DNA of 64,000 nucleotides from Candidatus Limivicinus sp. (GCA_048417135.1 DBFSDV010000002.1:9883-73882), one strand, 5' to 3'; positions 31,136 to 40,566 are shown, counted from the stretch's first letter. Notes: generated by a model from the sequence alone, not told the origin. Numbers and translations are program-made.

Positions 31136-32059
31136 ATGCGCATAGTTTTTATGGGCACTCCCGATTTTGCGGAGGCCTCGCTGAAAAAGCTGATAGAGGA
31201 AAAATTCGATGTGGTGGGTGTCTTCACCCAGCCGGACAAGCCCAAGGGCCGGGGCATGGAGCTGAGCTTCTCCCCGGTGAAGGAGCTGGCCCTGGCCCAC
31301 GGCCTGCCGGTGTTCCAGCCCGAAAAAATGCGGGACGGCAGGGCCCTGGAGCAGATAAAGGCCCTGGCGCCGGACATCTTGGTGGTGGTGGCCTACGGTC
31401 GCATCCTGCCGGATGAGATACTGGCCCTGCCCAGATACGGGGCCATAAACGTCCACGGCTCCCTGCTGCCCAAGTACCGGGGGGCCGCCCCCATACAGTG
31501 GGCCGTCCTCAACGGGGACAAGGTCACCGGCGTAAGCACCATGTACCTGGCCAGCGAGATGGACACCGGAGACGTGATATATACCGCCGAGACGGAGATA
31601 GGCGAGTTTGAGACCTCCGGGGAGCTCTTCGACCGGCTCATGCTCATGGGGGCGGAGCTGCTGGTAAAAACCCTGAGGGATATAGAGAAGGGTACGGCCC
31701 CCAGGACCCCCCAGGACCACTCCCAGGCCAGCTATGTCTCCCAGCTGGACAAGAGCTTCTGCCCAATAGACTGGAACAAAAGCCCCCGCTCCGTGGTCAA
31801 ATGGATATACGGGCTCCAGCCCTGGCCGGTGGCCACCATGGATATAGAGGGGAAGACCTATAGGGTCTTTGCCGCAGAGTATACCTGCAATAAAACGGAC
31901 AAGGCCCCGGGGCAGATAGTCTCCGCCGGGGAGAAGGGAATAGAGGTGGCCTGCGCCGCCGGGGAGACTTTGATGATAACCCAGCTGCAGGCGCCGGGAA
32001 AAAAGAGGATGAAGGCTGCGGACTTCTTAAGGGGCCACCCAATAAAGCCCGCGACCTGA
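31136..32059 (+). CDS. fmt: methionyl-tRNA formyltransferase
   Basis: MRIVFMGTPDFA..., NVHGSLLPKYRGAAPIQ. The ATG at 31136 lies 1 nt after the def stop. Confidence 0.95.
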   Translation: MRIVFMGTPDFAEASLKKLIEEKFDVVGVFTQPDKPKGRGMELSFSPVKELALAHGLPVFQPEKMRDGRALEQIKALAPDILVVVAYGRILPDEILALPRYGAINVHGSLLPKYRGAAPIQWAVLNGDKVTGVSTMYLASEMDTGDVIYTAETEIGEFETSGELFDRLMLMGAELLVKTLRDIEKGTAPRTPQDHSQASYVSQLDKSFCPIDWNKSPRSVVKWIYGLQPWPVATMDIEGKTYRVFAAEYTCNKTDKAPGQIVSAGEKGIEVACAAGETLMITQLQAPGKKRMKAADFLRGHPIKPAT

Positions 32060-32066
32060 GAGGAAC

Positions 32067-33389
32067 ATGAGAGAGACTGAAAATTGCGGGGCCAGGTATG
32101 CCGCCCTTGTCTGCCTGGAGCGCTCCAGGCGGGAGGGGACCTGGTCGGGCGCCGGGATAGACAGCATAATAAAGAAATACCGCCTGGACAGGCGGGATGC
32201 GGCGCTGACGGCCAGGCTCTGCCTGGGCGTACTGCAAAACAGCAGCCTCTGCGACTATTATATCGACTGCTACAGCAGCACAAGATTGGAGCCCAAGCTG
32301 AGGGACATTCTCCGCCTGGGAACCTACCAGCTGCTTTTTATGGACAAGATACCGGACCGGGCGGCGGTGAGCGAGAGCGTGGCTCTCTGCAAAGCCGTGG
32401 GTTATGCCCGGGCCTCGGGCCTGGTAAACGCGGTTTTGAGACGCATTGCAGAAAACAAGACCAAGCTGCCGGAGATACCCGGCAAGGGCAGTCCGGAGTA
32501 TCTCAGCATCAAATACAGCCACCCCCTGTGGCTGGCGGAGCATCTGGTGGACAAAAAGGGCTATGACTTTGCCGAGGCCTTCATGGCGGCAAATAACCGG
32601 CCCGGTAAGCTGAGCATCCAGGTGAACCGCCTGCGCATCAGCGCCGCAGACTATGTCCGGGCCCTGGACAGGGCGGAGATAGCCCACCGGGAATTTCCGG
32701 AGCTGCCCGGCTGCATAGAGCTCTCCGGGGGCATCGCCACGGAGCTGCCCGGCTTTGAAGAGGGGCTGTTCTACGTGCAGGACCGGGCCGCAAGGCTGGC
32801 GGTGGAGATAGCCGGGCCAAAGCCCGGAATGGCCGTGCTGGACGCCTGCGCCTGCCCGGGAGGCAAGTCCTTTGCCGCGGCAATAGCCATGGAGAACCGG
32901 GGCAGCATCCTGGCCAGGGACATCCATGATAAAAAGCTGAATCTTGTGGTGCAGGGCGCCCGGCGCCTGGGAATAGATATCATAAGCACCGCCTGCGGCG
33001 ACGCCCGGGAGCCGGAGGAAAAACTCCGGGACAGCTTCGATCTGGTCATAGCCGACGTGCCCTGCTCCGGCTTCGGAGTCATAGGCAAAAAGCCGGAGAT
33101 ACGCTATAAAGACAGGGCGAGCCTGAACGGCCTGCCCGGGATACAGAGGGACATCATCCATAATCTGGCAAACTTTGTAAAGCCCGGCGGCATCCTGCTC
33201 TATTCCACCTGCACCGTCTTCCGGGAGGAGAACGAGCAGGTGGTGGAGGAGTTTTTGAAAAGCCGCGAGGACTTCCGGCTTGAGCCCTTCTCCGTAAACG
33301 GCAGGGAATGTGAGGGCATGTACACCTTCTGGCCCAATGTGGACGGGACCGACGGCTTCTTTGCCGCAAAACTGATAAGGAAAAGCTGA
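32067..33389 (+). CDS. rsmB: 16S rRNA (cytosine967-C5)-methyltransferase
   Basis: 440 aa with a NusB-like N-terminus, SAM motif VLDACACPGGKS, and DVPCSGFGV...YSTCT. Confidence 0.9.
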   Translation: MRETENCGARYAALVCLERSRREGTWSGAGIDSIIKKYRLDRRDAALTARLCLGVLQNSSLCDYYIDCYSSTRLEPKLRDILRLGTYQLLFMDKIPDRAAVSESVALCKAVGYARASGLVNAVLRRIAENKTKLPEIPGKGSPEYLSIKYSHPLWLAEHLVDKKGYDFAEAFMAANNRPGKLSIQVNRLRISAADYVRALDRAEIAHREFPELPGCIELSGGIATELPGFEEGLFYVQDRAARLAVEIAGPKPGMAVLDACACPGGKSFAAAIAMENRGSILARDIHDKKLNLVVQGARRLGIDIISTACGDAREPEEKLRDSFDLVIADVPCSGFGVIGKKPEIRYKDRASLNGLPGIQRDIIHNLANFVKPGGILLYSTCTVFREENEQVVEEFLKSREDFRLEPFSVNGRECEGMYTFWPNVDGTDGFFAAKLIRKS

Positions 33390-34417
33390 TGGGAAAAGAT
33401 ATTTTATCCATGCTGCCTCAGGAGCTGGAGGCGGACTTCACCGCCATGGGGGAGCAGAAATTCAGAGCCGGACAGGTCTTCCAGTGGCTGAGCCGGGGCG
33501 TGAGAGACTTTGAGGAGATGACAAATCTCTCAAAGCCCCTGCGGGAAAAGCTGAAGGAGAACTATGAGCTCTATCGGCCCAAGGTGCTGAGCAAGCAGGT
33601 CTCCAAGCTGGACGGCACAATAAAATATCTCTGGGAGCTGAAAGACGGCAACGCGGTGGAGACCGTGGTCATGAGCTACAAGCACGGCAATACCGTGTGC
33701 ATCTCCACCCAGGTGGGCTGCCGCCAGGGCTGCGCTTTCTGCGCCTCCACCATAGGCGGGCTGGTTCGCTGCCTGGAGCCGGGGGAGATGCTGGACGAGG
33801 TGCTGTACTCCCAGCTGGATTCCGGCAAGGAGATATCCAATATAGTCCTTATGGGCATAGGGGAGCCCCTGGATAATTTTGACAATGTTATGCGCTTTTT
33901 GCAGCTGGTGAACCACCCCAAGGGGATGAATATAGGCATGCGCCATATCTCCCTGTCCACCTGCGGCCTGACGGAGCGCTTTGATGAACTGGCAGAGAGG
34001 GATCTGCAGTTGACCCTGTCCGTGTCCCTCCACGCCCCGGATGATGAGACCCGCTCAAAGATAATGCCGGCAAACCGCGGCCGGGGAGTGGAGCAGCTTA
34101 TAGAGTGCTGCCGGAAATACTACGAAAAGACCGGGCGGCGCATCTCCTTTGAATATGCCATGATAGACGGGGTAAACGACACGGAGTATCACGCAAGGCT
34201 CCTGGCAAAGCACGCCAGATACGTGAGCGCCCATGTGAATCTTATACCCCTGAACCACGTAGAGGAGCGGCAGTTCCGGCCCTCCACCCCGGAGCACATG
34301 AAGGCCTTCATAAAGATACTGGAGGACGCGGGCGTGAACGTGACCGTGCGCAGAAAGCTGGGAGGAGACGTGGACGCCTCCTGCGGCCAGCTGCGCCGCA
34401 AGATGCAGAAAAGCTGA
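33389..34417 (+). CDS. rlmN: 23S rRNA/tRNA (adenine-C2)-methyltransferase, radical SAM
   Basis: CISTQVGCRQGCAFCAS radical-SAM cluster, and C-terminus DASCGQLR. Confidence 0.95.
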   Translation: MGKDILSMLPQELEADFTAMGEQKFRAGQVFQWLSRGVRDFEEMTNLSKPLREKLKENYELYRPKVLSKQVSKLDGTIKYLWELKDGNAVETVVMSYKHGNTVCISTQVGCRQGCAFCASTIGGLVRCLEPGEMLDEVLYSQLDSGKEISNIVLMGIGEPLDNFDNVMRFLQLVNHPKGMNIGMRHISLSTCGLTERFDELAERDLQLTLSVSLHAPDDETRSKIMPANRGRGVEQLIECCRKYYEKTGRRISFEYAMIDGVNDTEYHARLLAKHARYVSAHVNLIPLNHVEERQFRPSTPEHMKAFIKILEDAGVNVTVRRKLGGDVDASCGQLRRKMQKS

Positions 34418-34453
34418 GGATTGCCCGGCAAGGCGGGCGGAAACGAGGAAGAG

Positions 34454-35200
34454 ATGAAAAGTTTTGGACTAACTGACAAGGGACGGGTCAGGCAGGACAA
34501 TCAGGACAGCTTTATAATCGAGAGCTGCACCGCCAGAGACAGCCTCATCGTGGCGCTCTGCGACGGCATGGGGGGAGCCAAGGCCGGAGGTCTGGCCAGC
34601 CGCCTTTCAAACCGGGCTTTTGTGTCTTACATCTATGCAAAGCTCACCTCCCGTACCAAGCGTCCCATAGACTATAAGACCATGCTCCAGGCGGCCTGCG
34701 ACGAGGCCAACTCCGTCTCCTATGAATACTCCCAGTTTGACGAGGCCTACAAGGGCATGGGCACCACCATTGTGGGCGGTGTGATAAACGGCAACGGTAA
34801 TGGTTATATTATCAATGTGGGGGACAGCCGGGCCTACCATATCTCCCACAGCTCCAACAGCATCTATCAGATAACCAAGGACCACTCCCTGGTGGAGGAG
34901 CTGGTGGAGTTCGGGGCCATCACCAAGGAGCAGGCCAGAAGCCACCCCCAGCGCAATGTGATAACCCGAGCCCTGGGCTCGGAGGAACGGGTGGAGTCGG
35001 ACTATTTCGAGTTCTGCCTCCAGAGCGGGGACATCCTGCTGCTGTGCTCCGACGGATTGTCCAACATGGTCACCGACCTGGAGATGCTGGATTATGCCAA
35101 CGAGTACCAGGACCCGGAGCTGGTCTGCCGCTCGCTGATGAGCAAGGCCCTGAAGAGGGGAGCCCGGGACAATGTCACCGTCCTTGCCGTTATGAAGTAA
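34454..35200 (+). CDS. prpC: PP2C-family Ser/Thr phosphatase (Stp/PrpC)
   Basis: GRVRQDNQDSF, LCDGMGG, GDSRAY, LCSDGL and DNVTVL motifs. Confidence 0.9.
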   Translation: MKSFGLTDKGRVRQDNQDSFIIESCTARDSLIVALCDGMGGAKAGGLASRLSNRAFVSYIYAKLTSRTKRPIDYKTMLQAACDEANSVSYEYSQFDEAYKGMGTTIVGGVINGNGNGYIINVGDSRAYHISHSSNSIYQITKDHSLVEELVEFGAITKEQARSHPQRNVITRALGSEERVESDYFEFCLQSGDILLLCSDGLSNMVTDLEMLDYANEYQDPELVCRSLMSKALKRGARDNVTVLAVMK

Positions 35201-35221
35201 ATGCCCAGATTGGAGAATACT

Positions 35222-36910
35222 ATGCCTAACACCGACAAATACATTGGCAAGCTCCTGGACGACCGCTATGAGATACTGGAGGTCATCGGGGAGGGTGGCA
35301 TGGCCGTTGTGTACAAGGCCCTCTGCCACCGGCTGAACCGCTATGTGGCGGTAAAGATAATGCGGGACGATATGGCGGCGGACGACGAGTTCCGCCAGCG
35401 CTTCTGCGCCGAGTCCCACGCCGTTGCCATGCTCTCTCACCCAAACATCGTGGCGGTATACGATGTGAGCCACAGCGACGCTATGGAGTACATAGTCATG
35501 GAGCTGGTGGATGGTATTACTTTAAGACAGTATATGGACAAGAGGGGAGCGGTGCCCTGGAAGGAGGCTCTCCACTTTACAAAGCAGATGGCAAAGGCCC
35601 TGTCCCACGCCCATGAGCGGGGGATAATCCACCGGGACATCAAGCCCCAGAACATCATGCTTTTAAAGGACGGCACCATAAAGATAGGGGACTTCGGCAT
35701 CGCCGCCCTGGAAAACGAGATGCACGAGGAGAACGGGCAGGCCATAGGCTCTATCCACTATATCGCCCCGGAGCAGGCCCGGGGGGATTGCCCCGACGCC
35801 AGGAGCGATATATATTCCCTTGGCGTGGTGATGTACGAGATGCTCACCGGCAAAAAGCCCTATGAGGGCAACAGCATCGGCGAGATAGCGGTGAAGCACA
35901 TGAACGCAAAGCCGGTGATGCCCAGGGAGATAGTGCCGGAGATACCGGAGGAGCTGGAGCGCATTACCTTAAAAGCCATGTGCGCCGACCTGTCCGAACG
36001 CTATCAGTCCGCTTCGGAGCTGCTGGGCGACCTGGATGCCTTTACCCAGACCCAAATAAAGGCGGAAGAAGGGGCGAAGGAGGCGAAGGAGCAGAAGCCC
36101 AGCCCCGCCGTAGTCCCCGTGCGCTCGGTGAGCGAGCTGTCCCGGGATAAGTACTATTTCCGGCGCCGGCGGGCTCAGCGGGTCACCTTTGCCACCGGGG
36201 CCCTGGGCGCTCTGGTTTTGAGCATAGCCCTTTTCGTGTTCCTGTGGAACTTCTGGCTGAAGGATATCTTCTCCCCGGCGGAGCGGGTGGACCTGCCAAA
36301 CTTCGTGGGCAGCAACTATGAGGCGGTGGTGAACAATGCGGAGCTTGCCGCCCTGTACCGCTTCAATGTGGTCTACGTTATAGATACCGAAAACGAGAGC
36401 GGGCTCATCCTCTCCCAGAATCCCGACCCGGGGCGCAGCATGATGGTTACCCCGGAGGGGATAGAGGTGGAGCTGAGCGTCAGCACCGGCATGGTCTTCA
36501 GTCCCGTGCCGGACGTGGTGAACATGGACTACAGGGAGGCCACCAACCGCCTGCAGCAGGCGGGCTTCCTTGTGGACGTGGAAAACGTCACCTCCGACAG
36601 TGTCACCAAGGACTATGTCATCAGCACCAGCCCGGCGGCAAACGAGCAGCTGAGTTCCGGCTCCACGGTGTATATAACCGTCAGCGCCGGACCCAATATA
36701 ACCTATGTGGAAATGCCAAATCTTATTGGCCTTTCGGAAGATGCGGCCATCTCCAAGCTGGAGAGCTGCGGACTGAGCTTCGGCAGCTCCCAGTTTGAGC
36801 GCAGCGACCTGGATGCGGGCACCGTCATCGGCCAGAGCGTGGAGGCCTTTACGGATATTGAGGAGCACTCCAAGATATACCTCCGCGTGTCCTCCGGGCC
36901 GGAGGGCTGA
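35222..36910 (+). CDS. prkC: Ser/Thr protein kinase with three PASTA repeats (PrkC/PknB type)
   Basis: Hanks kinase motifs (GEGGMAVVYKA, HRDIKPQN, DFGIA, APEQ), one TM, and then 3 PASTA-like repeats. The start is ATG 35222 (SD GGAG) or ATG 35201. Confidence 0.9.
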   Translation: MPNTDKYIGKLLDDRYEILEVIGEGGMAVVYKALCHRLNRYVAVKIMRDDMAADDEFRQRFCAESHAVAMLSHPNIVAVYDVSHSDAMEYIVMELVDGITLRQYMDKRGAVPWKEALHFTKQMAKALSHAHERGIIHRDIKPQNIMLLKDGTIKIGDFGIAALENEMHEENGQAIGSIHYIAPEQARGDCPDARSDIYSLGVVMYEMLTGKKPYEGNSIGEIAVKHMNAKPVMPREIVPEIPEELERITLKAMCADLSERYQSASELLGDLDAFTQTQIKAEEGAKEAKEQKPSPAVVPVRSVSELSRDKYYFRRRRAQRVTFATGALGALVLSIALFVFLWNFWLKDIFSPAERVDLPNFVGSNYEAVVNNAELAALYRFNVVYVIDTENESGLILSQNPDPGRSMMVTPEGIEVELSVSTGMVFSPVPDVVNMDYREATNRLQQAGFLVDVENVTSDSVTKDYVISTSPAANEQLSSGSTVYITVSAGPNITYVEMPNLIGLSEDAAISKLESCGLSFGSSQFERSDLDAGTVIGQSVEAFTDIEEHSKIYLRVSSGPEG

Positions 36911-36916
36911 GCGCCT

Positions 36917-37807
36917 ATGACGGAGGGAGTCATTTCCAAGGCCCTCAGCGGCTTTTACTATGTGAGCACGGAGCAGGGACTCCTGGAGTGTAAGGCCAGG
37001 GGCCGCTTCCGGCTGGACGGCACCTCCCCCCTGGTGGGGGACAGGGTGCTCTGCAGCACCGACGCCCAGGGCCGGGGCCGTATCGACGGCCTGCTGCCCC
37101 GGCGCAATTGGTTCGTCCGCCCGGCGGTGGCCAATATCGACGCCATGGTCTTCATTGCCGCCAACACCAACCCGGTGACCGACCCCTTTTTGGTGGACCG
37201 GGTGTCGGTGATAGCGGCGGAGGCCGGCTGCCGGCTGATAATCTGCGTCAATAAAAGCGATATCGACCAGGCCCAGGAGCTATATGATATCTATTCCTCT
37301 TCCGGCTTTACCGTGATACGCACCAGCGCCGAGACCGGGGAGGGCCTGGAGGAACTGAGAGAGGCGGTGAAGGGCAGCATCTGCGCCTTTACCGGCAACT
37401 CCGGCGTGGGCAAATCCAGCATACTCAACAAGCTCCTGCCCGGGGCCAATATCCCCACGGGAGAGGTCAGCGAGAAGCTGGGCCGGGGCAAGCACACCAC
37501 CCGCCATGTGGAGCTGTACTCCCTGGGGGACGGCACCTATATAGCGGACACCCCGGGCTTTGCCTCCTTTGACGTGGAGATGATGAACCCCATACCCAAG
37601 GAGCGGCTGCAATACGATTTCATCGACTTTGAACCCTACATAGGCTGCTGCCGCTTTACCGACTGCGCCCATCTGAAGGAGCCGGGCTGCGCCGTGAGGG
37701 AGGCCCTGGACCGGGGAGCGCTTATGCCCAGCCGCTATCGCTCCTATGTGCGGCTCTACGAGCTCAGCGCCCAGCACAAGTCCTGGGAGCTGAAGGAGCA
37801 GAACTGA
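36917..37807 (+). CDS. rsgA: ribosome small-subunit-dependent GTPase A
   Basis: Circularly permuted GTPase (NKSD ... GNSGVGKSS ... DTPG) with a C-terminal Zn knuckle CRFTDCAHLKEPGCAV. Confidence 0.9.
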   Translation: MTEGVISKALSGFYYVSTEQGLLECKARGRFRLDGTSPLVGDRVLCSTDAQGRGRIDGLLPRRNWFVRPAVANIDAMVFIAANTNPVTDPFLVDRVSVIAAEAGCRLIICVNKSDIDQAQELYDIYSSSGFTVIRTSAETGEGLEELREAVKGSICAFTGNSGVGKSSILNKLLPGANIPTGEVSEKLGRGKHTTRHVELYSLGDGTYIADTPGFASFDVEMMNPIPKERLQYDFIDFEPYIGCCRFTDCAHLKEPGCAVREALDRGALMPSRYRSYVRLYELSAQHKSWELKEQN

Positions 37808-37859
37808 TGCTGACCGGGATAAAACCGGCGTGAGCCGGGTACGGCAAAATAAAGTCTAA

Positions 37860-37913
37860 AAAGCTCTCCCCCTGCGTATGATGTAGAGAATACATCGGCG
37901 GGGGGAGAGCTTT
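37860..37913 (+). other. strong stem-loop (13-bp outer stem plus 6-bp inner stem) between rsgA and the small ORFs
   Basis: AAAGCTCTCCCCC (37860-37872) pairs perfectly with GGGGGAGAGCTTT (37901-37913). The inner stem is GATGTA/TACATC. The 3' arm is the SD of the ORF that starts at 37914. Confidence 0.6.
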
Positions 37914-38066
37914 ATGCGTAAGGGGCGCAAGAATTATTTAGGCTGCGGGGCGATAATTGCGGGCATAGTGATATTCCTGGCTCTTGTCCTGCCCACGGAT
38001 TTCTGGTGGTTCATTCTCGCGGCGGTGCTCATAGGGGCGGGCATATGGTTCATCCGCTGCAGCTGA
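37914..38066 (+). CDS. hypothetical 50-aa two-TM micro-protein
   Basis: MRKGRKNYLGCGAIIAGIVIFLALVLPTDFWWFILAAVLIGAGIWFIRCS. The SD is GGGGGAGAG. It is below the ORF-track size cutoff. I recognised no family. Confidence 0.4.
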   Translation: MRKGRKNYLGCGAIIAGIVIFLALVLPTDFWWFILAAVLIGAGIWFIRCS

Positions 38067-38081
38067 CAGGGAGGTAAAGGT

Positions 38082-38150
38082 ATGAAGGTATATATTTTCA
38101 GGCTGCCCAGGTTTCTATCCAGGATACTTGCAAAATTCGGCCTCAGGTAA
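38082..38150 (+). CDS. spoVM: stage V sporulation protein M (22-aa amphipathic peptide)
   Basis: MKVYIFRLPRFLSRILAKFGLR versus B. subtilis SpoVM MKFYTIKLPKFLGGIVRAMLGSFRKD (recalled). The SD GGGAGG lies 8 nt upstream. It occupies the same position downstream of prkC-rsgA as in B. subtilis. Confidence 0.7.
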   Translation: MKVYIFRLPRFLSRILAKFGLR

Positions 38151-38206
38151 TAATACCCGGCCGCAGGGCATAAGCTGTACAAACTGTGCGGCAAGGAGCG
38201 TAAGGT

Positions 38207-39709
38207 ATGGAAATAAGCTTTGAGAATAAAACGATCAATATCTACAGGGAAGTGCACCATCAGACCAAGAGGATACAGGAGAGCGCCGAGAGCGTGGTGC
38301 CGGACACCGACGAGGATATAGGCAAGCTGGCCTCGGTGCAGACGGCGGTGATGCTCAAGAGCAAGGACCTGACTTCCCGGGGCGTGACGGTGTCCGGGGA
38401 AGCCTCGGCCTCCCTGCTGTACATCACCGAGGACCAGAGCAGGGTGTCCTTTGTACGCCTGTCCAAGGGCTTCAGCCTGGACTATGAGATAGGGGACATG
38501 GAGCCGGACACCGTGGCCCAGGTGGAGCTGAGCATAGTCAACTGCGAGGCCCGGGTGGTGAACCCCCGGAAGGTCTCCGTGACCTTTGAGCTGGCGGGGG
38601 AGCTGAGCTGCTACAGGCAGGAGAGCCTGGTGACGGACACCTGCCTGCCCCAGGAGGGCGGCGAGGGCCTCCACGCCAGGTATGAGAGCTGCGAGCTGAT
38701 GCTGGCCAATGCGGCCTGCGAGAAGACCCTGAGCATCAACGAACAGTTCGGTTTCCCCAGCGGCAAGCCCTGCCCCAGCCGCCTGGTGTCCCAGGATGTG
38801 GACTTTATAGTCTCCGACAGGCAGCTGATAGGCACCAAGCTGATAGTGAAGGGCAGCGCCGCAGTATCCGTCTGCTACCTGTCCGAGGACGTGAACTACC
38901 CGGTGAGGACGGAGTTCAGCACCCCCTTCTCCCAGATAATAGACATAGGGGAGGAGGGCATGGACAACTGCTCCATGAACATCTCCCTGACCTCCGCCTA
39001 TTTCGAGATAGTCAACACCATCAGCAGCGACAAGGCCCTGGACTGCGAGATACACGCCGTCATCCAGCTGGTCACCCGCAGGCGCAGGAGCATAAGCTAT
39101 GTGGCGGACGTGTACAGCAACCGCATGCCGGTGAGCGCCGGACTCCAAAGCTGCCAGTTCAACATGGTCTCCGGGCTGCAGAAGCTGAAGCTCAGCTGCG
39201 ACGAGAGGATAAACGTCAGCGAGGACTGCTCCGATGTGCTCAGCGCCTTTGTGAAGGTGGGGGGCTATTCCCTGGAGCAGGGCAGGCTGAAAGCCGAGGC
39301 GGACATAGATATAGTGTACCGGGATGCAAACTCCATGCTCTCCTCGGTGCACAGGAGCCTGACCATGGAGGGAGAAGGGGGCAGGGAGAACATGAAAGTG
39401 TGCTCCGCCCGCCTGGGGGACCTGTACCTGCGCCCCGACGGCCAGTTCATAGACGGGCATATCTCCGCGGAGTTCGAGTGCATGCTCAGCGAAAGCGTGG
39501 AGTTTAAAAAGCTAAGCTCGGTGGAGCTGGACGAGGAGGCCGCCTTTGACACCGACAAGTACCCCACGGTGACCCTGGTGAGGGTGGAAAAGGAGAGCCT
39601 CTGGGAGCTGGCAAAGACCTATCACTCCAGCGTGGAGGAGATAAGGGCCATGAATGAGCTGGAGGAGGACATCTCGGGCAAACTGCTGCTCATACCCAAA
39701 GCCCTGTGA
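38207..39709 (+). CDS. SipL/SpoVID-like spore-coat morphogenetic protein (DUF3794-type repeats plus C-terminal LysM)
   Basis: 500 aa. The N-terminal and central regions look like DUF3794 (..SVVPDTDEDIGKL..V......K....GVTVSGE....LLY). The C-terminus is LysM (LVRVEKESLWELAKTYHSSVEEIRAMNEL...GKLLLIP). Confidence 0.6.
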   Translation: MEISFENKTINIYREVHHQTKRIQESAESVVPDTDEDIGKLASVQTAVMLKSKDLTSRGVTVSGEASASLLYITEDQSRVSFVRLSKGFSLDYEIGDMEPDTVAQVELSIVNCEARVVNPRKVSVTFELAGELSCYRQESLVTDTCLPQEGGEGLHARYESCELMLANAACEKTLSINEQFGFPSGKPCPSRLVSQDVDFIVSDRQLIGTKLIVKGSAAVSVCYLSEDVNYPVRTEFSTPFSQIIDIGEEGMDNCSMNISLTSAYFEIVNTISSDKALDCEIHAVIQLVTRRRRSISYVADVYSNRMPVSAGLQSCQFNMVSGLQKLKLSCDERINVSEDCSDVLSAFVKVGGYSLEQGRLKAEADIDIVYRDANSMLSSVHRSLTMEGEGGRENMKVCSARLGDLYLRPDGQFIDGHISAEFECMLSESVEFKKLSSVELDEEAAFDTDKYPTVTLVRVEKESLWELAKTYHSSVEEIRAMNELEEDISGKLLLIPKAL

Positions 39710-39721
39710 GGAAAATTTCCC

Positions 39722-39750
39722 TTGCCATATAAATGTCTCTGTGGTAAAAT
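39722..39750 (+). promoter_or_regulatory. sigma-A promoter (TTGCCA-17-TAAAAT) for yebC
   Basis: Hexamers at 39722-39727 and 39745-39750. Confidence 0.5.
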
Positions 39751-39806
39751 ATCAGACGATAATTTTACATTATATCAAGCAATGCACATAAGAGGAGCTG
39801 TTAATA

Positions 39807-40547
39807 ATGTCAGGACATTCCAAATGGCACAACATACAGAAGACCAAGGGCGCAGCGGACGCAAAGCGCGCCCAGGCTTTTACCAAGATCGCCCGAGAGA
39901 TGATCGTTGCGGTGAAGGAGGGCGGCGGCGGGGACCCCAAGAGCAACTCCAAGCTGGCTGCCGTCATCGCCAAGGCCAAGGCCGCCAACATGCCCAACGA
40001 CAATATCAAGCGCACCATCGACAAGGCCATGGGCGCCGGCAACACCGAGAACTATGAAAAGATAGTCTACGAGGGCTACGGCCCCTGCGGCGTGGCCGTC
40101 ATAGTGGAGACCATGACCGACAACCGCAACCGCACCGCCGGCGAGATGCGCCATTATTTCGACAAGTACGGCGGGAATATGGGCGCCGCAAACTGCGTGT
40201 CCTGGTCCTTCGACAAGAAGGGCGTCATCGTCATAGACAATGAGGACGAGGAGCTGGATGAGGACACCGTCATGATGGACGCTCTGGAGGCCGGCGCCGC
40301 CGACTTCGAGGCAGAGGGTGATGTTATGACCGTGTACACCGGAGTGGATGATGTGGCCGCCGTCTCCGACGCCCTCACCGCCGCCGGCTACAAGCTGCTC
40401 TCCGCCCAGGTGGAAATGCTGCCCCAGAACGGCTATATCAAGCTCACCAACGAGGACGATATAAAGAACATGCAGAAGATGCTGGATATGTTTGAGGACA
40501 ACGACGATGTCCAGAACGTCTGGCACAACTGGGAAGACGCCGAATAA
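39807..40547 (+). CDS. yebC: YebC/PmpR-family DNA-binding regulator
   Basis: MSGHSKWHNIQKTKGAADAKRAQAFTK... is the canonical YebC N-terminus. Confidence 0.95.
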   Translation: MSGHSKWHNIQKTKGAADAKRAQAFTKIAREMIVAVKEGGGGDPKSNSKLAAVIAKAKAANMPNDNIKRTIDKAMGAGNTENYEKIVYEGYGPCGVAVIVETMTDNRNRTAGEMRHYFDKYGGNMGAANCVSWSFDKKGVIVIDNEDEELDEDTVMMDALEAGAADFEAEGDVMTVYTGVDDVAAVSDALTAAGYKLLSAQVEMLPQNGYIKLTNEDDIKNMQKMLDMFEDNDDVQNVWHNWEDAE

Positions 40548-40566
40548 AACCGGGAAAATCAACGCT

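Noticed and set aside
28102-31377. A 1091-aa minus-strand ORF spanning rpoZ, priA, def and the start of fmt.
   Set aside because: It is antisense to four well-supported plus-strand genes with textbook motifs. Its Ala/Gly/His/Leu/Pro-rich, low-complexity translation is the usual stop-free shadow frame of GC-rich coding DNA. It has no SD or promoter.
34454-36910. PP2C phosphatase plus Ser/Thr kinase as part of a TerY-P-like (vWA-phosphatase-kinase) defence triad with the vWA gene at 54585.
   Set aside because: The Stp/PrkC pair sits in the universally conserved rlmN-stp-prkC-rsgA housekeeping context. The kinase has PASTA repeats. The vWA gene is 18 kb away in a different operon.
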